Part shown: in pieces, positions 1 through 8,700 of the stretch
Layout of the letters: every line of letters starts with the position of its first letter
Numbering within the stretch: the stretch's first letter is position 1
NCBI GenBank assembly: GCA_949739095.1
Contig: CATIYX010000335.1
Coordinates: forward strand, 1-33,031
Reading direction: 5' to 3'
DNA: 33,031 bases
Source of the DNA: an uncultured Clostridia bacterium
Lineage (GTDB): Bacteria > Bacillota > Clostridia > RUG12999
Program-made: the position numbers and the translations under genes
The notes under the pieces: model-generated
What the model was told of the DNA's origin: nothing
What the model saw: the letters and a program-made list of their open reading frames with translations, nothing else
Databases searched by the model: none

Positions 1-2738
1 CCGGCTGGAATGCAACGACTTCTGTGTTCACTGCACAGCTGAGCGGAACCGCAACAAATGTAGCGGTAACAATTGGCGGCAAAGCGGCAACGGTAGAAAC
101 AGCAAATGCGGACGGCAAAACGACTGTTACGGCATATCCTAGCGAGAAACTCGCATTGAATACGTTCTACCAAGTGAATGTTACGGCGGACGGCAAGAAT
201 GTCTATACCAAAGAAATTCAACTGATGGAACTGCTGAACGATAATTTTGACGGGTTCACCGAAAGTACAAGCGGAAATTTGAGAAATGTATATCCGGTGA
301 GCGATGGGAATTATTCCATTGTATACGGAACAGAAAACGGTAAACTGAGGATCGTCTATATTCCGGGAGGAGTGGTTGGTACAACGCGCAGCGATTTCAA
401 AACCACGCAGGCGGACTGGCAGGACTATACATTGGAATTGGACTACTCGGCGGATGAACAATATGTCAACGGAGCCAGAACGTATTATCCGGCACAGCAT
501 GTGCGTATTGGTATAGAAGTGCCGGCAAATACGGCGTTTGATAAAGCAACGGCAGGCAGCATTAACGCCGGCATTGATAATACGCTGCAAGTGAGCGGTG
601 CATCACTGGCAATTGACGGTGATAATACAGGAGTGAGAACCTTTACCGGCGGAACAAAAGTGGTAGCGGGTGCACAGAATAAAGAATTGACTGCAGCAAG
701 TGCAGTAACAGCGCCAATTAATCTGCAAATTGGTATCAAAGACGGAAATGTGTTGTCGCTGGCAAATGGTAAGGTTCTGGGTAATGCGGCACTTCCGGAA
801 GGGACGACAAGAGGCGGTGGATTTGTGCTGACCAGCCGCGGCGAAGGTGGAACCATGACGCACAGCTTGTATGACAACGTCAAAGTCTATAAGGCAGTGG
901 AAAAAGAACCGGCTAACACCTATGACATTTCTGATTGGAACGCGACCACCTCGGCGGCGTTTGTCACACTGAACGGCGTGGTTTCCGGCACCATCACGGC
1001 GGAGACTGCGGACAGAGAACTAAACGTTGAAAAGAAGATAAACGGCAACAAAACAGAACTGACCATTCTGCCGGGCGCGCCTTTTGAAATCGGACAGGAA
1101 TATTCGCTGAAAATTCTGGAAAACGGCGAAGAAGCAGCGGTACTGCCCTTCAAGCTGCTGCAAATGTTTGCGGACGATTTTGACAGCTATCAGACTGACA
1201 AAGAGATTCAGCAGGAATTTGTAGGCAGCACCTCCAGCGCGGTTGCTTACGCGAGAAACGGCAGGATGGGCGTATTCGGCGCTATGGACATGAGCAAAGT
1301 CTATCACAAGGATTTCACGGACGCGCAAAGGGATTGGCAGGACTATACAATGGAATTTGATTATATACCGAGCGCTTCTCAGAGGGGGCTGTTTGCCTAT
1401 ATGGAAGCGCATCCGGAAAAGATAGAGGCTTATAAAGATTTCAACGCCACCTCAGTGGGATTAGAGCCATTCCGTACGGCGAGTACGATGTCTGTAACCA
1501 TCAACGCAAACGGCGTACAGGCGATATGGGGCGGTGTTCTGAATGAAAAGACAGGCGCTTTAACGTATGGCTATACGAATATGGCGAATACAAAAACACA
1601 GGCGGAAGCACAGAATGTACAAATCAGCACCAAGGGAGACTACGGCTTTGTACTTGCCGACGCAAAAAACGGCGGCAAACTGATTCATACGCAGCAGCTT
1701 CCCAAAGATGCCCTGCGCGGCGGCGGCTTCGTATTCCTGGTACGCAACGATGAATATCTGATAGACAATCTAAAGATATATAAAGCAGTCACACCGCCCG
1801 AAAATCGCGACACGATGACGCTGGAAAGCGAAGAAATTACGGCACGGGAAGCTAATTTCACTTTCTCCGATGATGTCAGCGGTATGCAGGGCAGCAAGAT
1901 TGTATTGAACAAATATGAAGACGGCGAAATAAATCCTGTTAACTTTAGCGTGAAGGCTTCCGGAACACAGCTGCGTGTGGTTCCGCATACCGCCTTTGCA
2001 GACGGGTACTATTCCTTGAAGCTGGAAAGCGGCATTACCAGCCTGGATGACAGCAAGGCAACGGAAAGCGAAAGCACCCGTTTCTTCCGTGTCAGCGGCG
2101 GCAGCATATTGCCGGTAGCGAACTGGAGTTCTGAACCGGCATATGGCAGCAGCAAGCTGTTTAACGGTACCATCACAATGACGTTTGAACCGAGCGTTGA
2201 CGTTTCCACCATCACGGCAGACAGCGTTAAGGTATATAAAAACGGCGTGGCGGTCAGCGGCGCGACGGCTTCGGCAACGGAAAATACGGTTACGGTAAAT
2301 TTGAACGAACCGGTAGAGTTCGACACCAAATATGAAGTCCGGTTTACGAATAAAGCGAAATTTACGGAAAACTACGGGTTCCCCGAACTCATCTTCTTTG
2401 TGCCGAACGGATTGGATTTGTCCGATTTTAACGTCACGTTGCGCGACAATGTGATTCATCCGTCCACACCAATCGGCGGCGAGACCATTAGCATCGGCGC
2501 AACCATAACGTCAAACGAAAGTACAGAAAGCCGTTCGGCGGTCGTTACCTTCTGTGTGTTTGACGCCGACGGAAGAATGTGTAAAATCGGCGGGGAAGCG
2601 ATTACTGTTGCGGCGGGTGCAACCAAGGACGTTTACGCGAACATGGTGATTCCGGCAGGCAGCGGCTATACCATTAAATGCTTTGTTTGGGAATCATTTG
2701 AAAACCTGGTAGGTATCCATGAGGAGATATGGAGGTAA
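1..2738 (+). CDS. Secreted/surface multi-module protein with its 5' end outside the window: two tandem Ig-like + concanavalin/LamG-like beta-sandwich units, two SbsA/Big_5-like Ig domains, and a C-terminal beta-sandwich
   Basis: Frame 3 is open from nt 3. The GTG listed at 24 is not a real start: the first residues (GWNATTSVFTAQLSGT) mirror the internal SDWNATTSAAFVTLNGVVSGT at nt ~932, so the window cuts into a repeat unit. Repeated motifs are DNFDGF/DDFDSY, DWQDYTLELDY/DWQDYTMEFDY, RGGGFVL/RGGGFVF and YDNVKVYKAV/IDNLKIYKAV. Stop TAA at 2736-2738. Domain names are fold-level guesses from motif patterns. Confidence 0.85.
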   Translation, partial: GWNATTSVFTAQLSGTATNVAVTIGGKAATVETANADGKTTVTAYPSEKLALNTFYQVNVTADGKNVYTKEIQLMELLNDNFDGFTESTSGNLRNVYPVSDGNYSIVYGTENGKLRIVYIPGGVVGTTRSDFKTTQADWQDYTLELDYSADEQYVNGARTYYPAQHVRIGIEVPANTAFDKATAGSINAGIDNTLQVSGASLAIDGDNTGVRTFTGGTKVVAGAQNKELTAASAVTAPINLQIGIKDGNVLSLANGKVLGNAALPEGTTRGGGFVLTSRGEGGTMTHSLYDNVKVYKAVEKEPANTYDISDWNATTSAAFVTLNGVVSGTITAETADRELNVEKKINGNKTELTILPGAPFEIGQEYSLKILENGEEAAVLPFKLLQMFADDFDSYQTDKEIQQEFVGSTSSAVAYARNGRMGVFGAMDMSKVYHKDFTDAQRDWQDYTMEFDYIPSASQRGLFAYMEAHPEKIEAYKDFNATSVGLEPFRTASTMSVTINANGVQAIWGGVLNEKTGALTYGYTNMANTKTQAEAQNVQISTKGDYGFVLADAKNGGKLIHTQQLPKDALRGGGFVFLVRNDEYLIDNLKIYKAVTPPENRDTMTLESEEITAREANFTFSDDVSGMQGSKIVLNKYEDGEINPVNFSVKASGTQLRVVPHTAFADGYYSLKLESGITSLDDSKATESESTRFFRVSGGSILPVANWSSEPAYGSSKLFNGTITMTFEPSVDVSTITADSVKVYKNGVAVSGATASATENTVTVNLNEPVEFDTKYEVRFTNKAKFTENYGFPELIFFVPNGLDLSDFNVTLRDNVIHPSTPIGGETISIGATITSNESTESRSAVVTFCVFDADGRMCKIGGEAITVAAGATKDVYANMVIPAGSGYTIKCFVWESFENLVGIHEEIWR
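3..1805 (+). repeat. Intragenic tandem duplication: two ~930-nt (~310-aa) units, each an Ig-like module followed by a LamG-like module
   Basis: Unit 1 spans nt 3 to ~931 and unit 2 spans nt ~932 to ~1805. The colinear protein motifs are listed under the CDS. The repeat is conserved at protein level only; the DNA has clearly diverged. Confidence 0.7.
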
Positions 2739-2743
2739 AGCCT

Positions 2744-5700
2744 GTGTATAAAAGAATTATAAGTTTATTGCTTTTGGCTGCTCTCCTGACTTTACCGCTG
2801 CCGCTCCATGCGGCGGCGGAGTCGGCACAGGTCGATGTGCAGGTGGCTGTACAAGAGAATTCCATTCATCTTTCCGGGAACCTGAATGCAGCGCCGGAGA
2901 ATGAATTTGTCACAGTGCAGCTGCTGTCGGGTGGCAGCAAGGCGGAGACAGCGACGAGCGCCGAACAGGATATCCTCCATTTCGGCGTGTGCAAGGCGAA
3001 CGGGAGCGGCGCGTTTTCCTATGAATTCAGTGTTTCGTCTCTCAGCGGCAGTGAATATCTTTATGTAAAATGCGGCAGCAAGGAGTATTTTGCGCCGCTG
3101 GTGGAGAAAAAAACAACCGTGCAGCTTTATGTTGCGCCGGACGGCAATGATTCTGCCGCCGGCACACAGGATGCGCCGCTGAAAACCATGGACGGTGCAA
3201 GAAAAGCGGCGGCTAAATTAGACAAATCCGCGAACCGGGTGGAAGTCATCTTTGCGGAAGGTGAATATTTTCAGCAAGGCACAGTCCAGTTCACAGGCAC
3301 TGATTCCGGCGGCAAGGATACACCGGTCACCTATAAAGCGGCGGAAGGCGCAAAAGTGGTGTTTACCGTCTCTAAAAAGCTGGATGCTGCAAATTTGGAA
3401 ACAGTTACGGACGCGGACACATTGCTGCGGCTGCCGGAATCGGCAAGAGGAAAAGTGTTGCAACTTGACCTCAAACAAAGCGGCATCACGCCGGCGGACG
3501 TGGATTTATATTCCAGAACCAATAATTTACTCAACGAAAGAGGATTATTGCTGAACGGCAAACCACAGAGAATCGCACGTTATCCCAATACCGGATTTTT
3601 GCGGGTCGGCTCGCTTTTGAAAACAAATGTGGTAGCGGAAGGAAGCAGTACCGAGCCGTGTGTGTTCACATGGGATAATGACAGAATTTCGCGCTGGACG
3701 ACGGCGGGCAGTTTTTGGATAGAGGGATATTTTGCGGACGAGTACCGCGCGGACACTGCAAAGGATTGCAGCGTGGATGCGGCGAAAAAGCAAATCACCA
3801 TGAACGGTTCCGACAGAGGAATCGGTTATAAAACACGTTGGCGCGCCATTAACCTTTTGGAGGAACTTGATATTCCGGGCGAATGGTATGTGGATAAAAA
3901 CACAATGACATTGTACTACTATCCACCGTACTATTTTGACAAGACAAGTGACGAGCTTCGTTTCACCGTGAACAGCAACGGCGCAAGTATTGACATGATG
4001 ATTGTGCTGAACGGCACAAACAATATTTGCTTTGAGGGACTGGAATTCCGCGACAAATACTATGGCGATGTCATTCGCTCTACCAATAAGGTGGACGGAA
4101 TTTCTGTTAAAAATTGCAGCTTTGTGAACACAGCGACAGCCATTAATCTGGATGGGAAAAATCTCACCGTGGATGGATGTGATTTCCACAATCTGCAAGG
4201 AAACGCGGTGCAGTTGTCAGACCAAGATGCGATTAACACACTCACCCCATCGAACATTGCTGTCACAAACAATTATATCTACAATACCGACCTTGGGTCT
4301 GCACCTGTCCTTGTGGGCGGTGTTGGGACGCGGGTGGCAAACAATCTGATTCACCGCACGGACGACGGCGGACTGTTGCTGGGCAGCATAGACCGGCGGT
4401 GGAGAATCGCCGAATGCACAGCGGAGAACAACGAAATCTATAACGGTTTGCGTGAAAAAGGCGACATGGGAATGGTCTATATGGGACGTTCCTGGTATTC
4501 GCCGGGTGTATCGGTCAGCCGTAACTATATTCATGATTTCGGTATCCATGAGAATTTGAGTTGGTTCGATAATCCCACCTATGGTATTTTTGCAGACGAT
4601 ACACACAGCAACGCAAGTTTTACCAGCAATATCATCAACGCAAACAACAAAGATAAGACCTATGGCATTGTGTTGGGCGGCGGCAGCAATCTTGACGTGG
4701 AGGGCAACACCATTATCCATACAACACGCGGCGCCGACCTCAACGACAGAACAAATACAGGGAATATCACAACCTACGGCGCGTATACCGCGATGCTTGC
4801 GGCATATAATGACGGACTAAAATACGACCAAACCCCGTGGCTGACAAAATATCCGCAAGTGAATAAAATCATGACGGACATTACAGCGGACGGCAAACAC
4901 ATTCCCAAAAACGAAAAACTGGTCGGCAACCTGTTTTTTGATAATAGCAAAGCATTCAATATTGCAACGAGAAACAAAAACTACGGACAAGAATCGGGAA
5001 ATGTGACCGCATCGAGTGATTCTGTTTTTGTGAATGCAGCGAAAAATGACTGGCGTGTGACCGCAGCGGCAAAATCGGCACAGGGAATTGGCGCGGGAGT
5101 GCTTGATGAAAGCTTCGATATGTCCTCCATCGGACTTATCAGAAAACTTTCCATGACCTATGAACCGGTTCGGCTGCAATATCCTTTGCAGGAAGATTAC
5201 CCGGATGCGTCCGCACTCACACTTGCGTGGGAGGATGCGGCGCCGGCGGATGAATACTACTATGAAATCGCAACAGATGAAGCGTTTGGGAATGTGGTAA
5301 AATCCGGCACGGTATATGAAAATGTCGCTGATGTTTCGGGGCTGACGAAGGACAGCGTATATTATTGGCGCGTGACAGCGCGGAATCTCTCCAAGGACTA
5401 CGGCAAAAGCTGGCAGAGCGAGACAGGCATGTTCCATACAGCGAAAAATGTTATGAAGGTGCAAAGTTTTCAGGAAAATGCGGCAGGGAAAGCAGAACTG
5501 ACATATACCATTGACGGAGCCGCAACCGATGTGCAAAACGCGAGTGTTCTCGTTGCCGTGAAGTCGGCGGATAAAGTGATTGACGCGCAGGTGTTCAACG
5601 ACCCCGTCACAGGCGGCACACAAAATACGTTTACAAAACAGCTTGATATTGCCATAAAACCGGAGTATACCGTGGAATGCTTCGCCTTATCAAGCGTTCA

Positions 5701-5749
5701 GGAGTTATTTCCGATTGATATGAAGAAACAGCTAATTTTAAAGAGGTGA
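2744..5749 (+). CDS. Secreted right-handed parallel beta-helix protein (pectate-lyase fold; candidate glycoside hydrolase or polysaccharide lyase), paralogue A
   Basis: GTG 2744 lies 8 nt after GGAGG (2731-2735). The track's ATG 2729 is only 2 nt from GAGGAG, so 2744 is preferred, though 2729 remains possible. Signal peptide: YKRIISLLLLAALLTLPLPLHAAAE. The N-cap LYVAPDGNDSAAGTQDAPLKTMDGA is followed by PbH1-like coils (NCSFVN, VTNNYIYN, VANNLIHR, ENNEIYN, SRNYIHD, TSNIINA, EGNTIIH). An Fn3-like YYWRV module sits at nt ~5215-5385, followed by a C-terminal Ig-like sandwich. Confidence 0.9.
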   Translation: MYKRIISLLLLAALLTLPLPLHAAAESAQVDVQVAVQENSIHLSGNLNAAPENEFVTVQLLSGGSKAETATSAEQDILHFGVCKANGSGAFSYEFSVSSLSGSEYLYVKCGSKEYFAPLVEKKTTVQLYVAPDGNDSAAGTQDAPLKTMDGARKAAAKLDKSANRVEVIFAEGEYFQQGTVQFTGTDSGGKDTPVTYKAAEGAKVVFTVSKKLDAANLETVTDADTLLRLPESARGKVLQLDLKQSGITPADVDLYSRTNNLLNERGLLLNGKPQRIARYPNTGFLRVGSLLKTNVVAEGSSTEPCVFTWDNDRISRWTTAGSFWIEGYFADEYRADTAKDCSVDAAKKQITMNGSDRGIGYKTRWRAINLLEELDIPGEWYVDKNTMTLYYYPPYYFDKTSDELRFTVNSNGASIDMMIVLNGTNNICFEGLEFRDKYYGDVIRSTNKVDGISVKNCSFVNTATAINLDGKNLTVDGCDFHNLQGNAVQLSDQDAINTLTPSNIAVTNNYIYNTDLGSAPVLVGGVGTRVANNLIHRTDDGGLLLGSIDRRWRIAECTAENNEIYNGLREKGDMGMVYMGRSWYSPGVSVSRNYIHDFGIHENLSWFDNPTYGIFADDTHSNASFTSNIINANNKDKTYGIVLGGGSNLDVEGNTIIHTTRGADLNDRTNTGNITTYGAYTAMLAAYNDGLKYDQTPWLTKYPQVNKIMTDITADGKHIPKNEKLVGNLFFDNSKAFNIATRNKNYGQESGNVTASSDSVFVNAAKNDWRVTAAAKSAQGIGAGVLDESFDMSSIGLIRKLSMTYEPVRLQYPLQEDYPDASALTLAWEDAAPADEYYYEIATDEAFGNVVKSGTVYENVADVSGLTKDSVYYWRVTARNLSKDYGKSWQSETGMFHTAKNVMKVQSFQENAAGKAELTYTIDGAATDVQNASVLVAVKSADKVIDAQVFNDPVTGGTQNTFTKQLDIAIKPEYTVECFALSSVQELFPIDMKKQLILKR

Positions 5750-5756
5750 GGCAAAT

Positions 5757-8700
5757 ATGAAAAAAGCAAAATGGCTATCCGCCGTGCTTGCGGTTGCGCT
5801 TATGCTCGGTACGTTTTCGGCGATGCCGGCAGCAGCGGCAAATGCAATAGAAATCCATGTCTCTCCGAGCGGAAACGATTCGGCGGACGGGACGCCGGAG
5901 CATCCGCTTGCAACCTTTGGGGGCGCCATGCGTATGGTGAACAGCGTGAAGAAAAACGGCACGCCGGTTAACGTACTGTTCCATGCGGGTACTTACCCGC
6001 TGCGGGACAATATAACGTTTTCGGCGTCGGATTCGGGTTCCGCGGGCGCACCCATTACCTATAAAAATGCGGGCGATGGAGAGGTAATCTTCTCCGGCGC
6101 AAAAACGCTGGACGTTTCAAAGTTTTCCAGCGTTACCGATGAGAAGATTTTGGCAAGACTTCCTGAAGAAGCGGCACCATATGTCGTACAGATGGATTTA
6201 AAATCGCAGGGTGTGACATCGGGCGATGTGGATATGTATACCAGAGCCTCCGCGCAGCTCGAACGCCGCTCGCTCAGACTCAACGGGAAACATCAGACGC
6301 TGGCGCAGTATCCCAATCAGGATTACCTGATTATGGGCGAGACGGCGGAAATCATCACGGCGGGCAGCGGCTCTGTTGCACCGGTCTTCAAATATGACAA
6401 CCCGCGCGTCAGCCGGTGGGCGAATGAGAAATCTTTCTGTATTGAAGGGTTCTTTGCAGTGGAATATTGGGGCGATGCGGCGCTGAACTGTGTGGCAAAC
6501 GCCGCAGACAACACCATCACGGTGGGCGGTGCAACCCGCGGTATCGGTGCACAGTCGCGCTGGAGAGCGATTAATCTTCTGGAGGAAATTGACATTCCGG
6601 GAGAATGGTATATTGACCAGGAAAAAATGATTTTGTACTACTATCCGCCATACAAGCTGGATAGAGAAAAAGATACGCTGACGCTTTCCGCCTCTTTGGC
6701 GACGATTAACGTCAGCAACGCAAGCCACATTCGGTTTGAAGGACTGACCTTCAGCGACCACTACCGAACAAGGGTGATTGAAGGCGCTAACGCGAAGGTG
6801 GACGACATTGCAATTGTCGACTGCGTTTTTGACTCGGTTGGTCAGGCGCTGCGCATGAAGGGAACCAACATTTTGATTGACGGCTGCGAATTTAAAAACG
6901 TAGTCAGTGCAGGAAGCGCAATGTATGTTTCCGACCCGGACGGAATGCCAACGCTGACCTCATCAAACAATGTCATCCGGAACAATCACATCTATAATTA
7001 TCTGTCCACGCACAACCTCATTGACGCAACGGGCGTGGGGACGGTTGTAGAAAACAATTTGGTTCACCGTGTGGACGGTATTCCGCTGAACATGACGTAT
7101 GCTTACGACCGGGGCGCGGAGTGCATTGCACAGTACAACGAATTTTATAATTGTCTGCGAGAAAAGGGTGACCAGGGTGTTATCTACATGGGGCGTTCCT
7201 GGCACAGTCCGGGCAACGTTGTAAAAAATAACTTTGTACACGATTTCGGTGCGGACGAACGTGCACTGCATTTGCAGAACAATAATTTTGGTATCTATCT
7301 TGACGATACCTTCAGCGGCGTGCAGGTGATTGGAAATATTGTCGTACCCGGCGAAAATTCCCATTTGGTATCAGGCTATCTGGCGGGCGGCGGCAGCGAT
7401 AACTACGGCGACGGCAACATTGTTGCCCTGACTGACAAAAGCGGTGCGTATGTCAACAAATCAAGAGCAGCTGCAAACGCATTTAATTATGCGACATACA
7501 CCTTGTTGCAACAGCAAAGCGACATCAATTATTTCAGTTCACCGTGGAGCACCAAATATCCGTGGGTGGCGCGGAACATCAATGAACTCAAAGCAAACGG
7601 CGGCGTACATACTGCTAAATATAATACCTATACAAACAACGTATTCGCAAAGGCGACTTTGGTAAAGAGCACGATTGCTTCGGAGGAAATGCTGGCAAAC
7701 GGCGGCGTTTTAGAGAACAATCTGGAGTTTGACAATCTGGATATTTTCGTAGACCCTCAGAATCTGGACTACAGAATCAAAAATGAGGTGAAAGAACAAT
7801 ATCATCTGGGCGACAATATTCCGTCCGAGGATTTCGACCTCAAAACAATCGGTCCGCAGAAGGAATTTGACATGAAGGAAGAAGAATTCTTCCAGACCTA
7901 TCCGCAGAACGGACGGAAAAACATGAACGCAAAGGCGGTTGAACTTTCGTGGGAAGAAGCCTACCCGGCGGACTGGTATGAATATACCGTTGCGACCGAC
8001 CCGAACCTTGAAAATGTGGTTGCCTCCGGTACCAGCTACGCGACAACGATTGCTCTGCCGGAACTGGAAAAAGGCAAACAATATTATTGGAAGGTGCAGG
8101 CAGTTACCGAGTCGCTGTACTGCCGCAAAAAATGGAGCAGCGTGGGCGATGTTTATACCTTTACCACCAGCGCGACCGACTACAGTGACCGCCATTTGAT
8201 TGACTGGAGCTATTTGGAGCGCGCAATCGAAAGCGGAGACCGCGCGGTTGCCGTGACGGACGGGAACACGGAATATAATCAGGAAGCGGTCGCAAAGCTG
8301 AAGGATTGTTTGGGGGAAGCGAAAAACCTGATGGCGCACAAAAAACAGGTATCCTCCTATGCGGAATATATGACGCAGGTCAACACCCTTACCAATCAGG
8401 CGCAATATGTGTTGGAAAGCAAAGCGATTAACTATACCAAAGTGGACGTCAACAGCATGTGGCATACGAGCCGTGCATCGCTTGGGATGACTTATCAAAA
8501 CGATGAGTTGTCAATTAAATATGAAGGCGGGACGGAAGGTGTATTGACAGACAGCGTGCTGCGTACCAACTCGGAAATGCTGTGCTTTGATATGAAGGTT
8601 GATTTGGGCGAGAATATAGGTTCCAACTGGGCCGGTATCGGTTTGAGTGCAACGCCGGATTTAGGCAGAATTTACGGCGCTACCTCACCGATGTACCGTG

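Noticed and set aside
4817-5623. Long antisense ORFs inside the big plus-strand genes. Examples are 1770-2459, 3545-4198, 4817-5623, 6198-6761, 7710-8498, 15170-16036, 16901-17572, 17711-18412 and 29491-30099 (all minus strand, 187-288 aa).
   Set aside because: Each lies entirely within a longer sense ORF that carries recognisable domains, RBSs and signal peptides. Their translations are Arg/Cys/His/Phe-rich and motif-free, with no RBS context. These are typical shadow ORFs of moderately GC-rich coding DNA.
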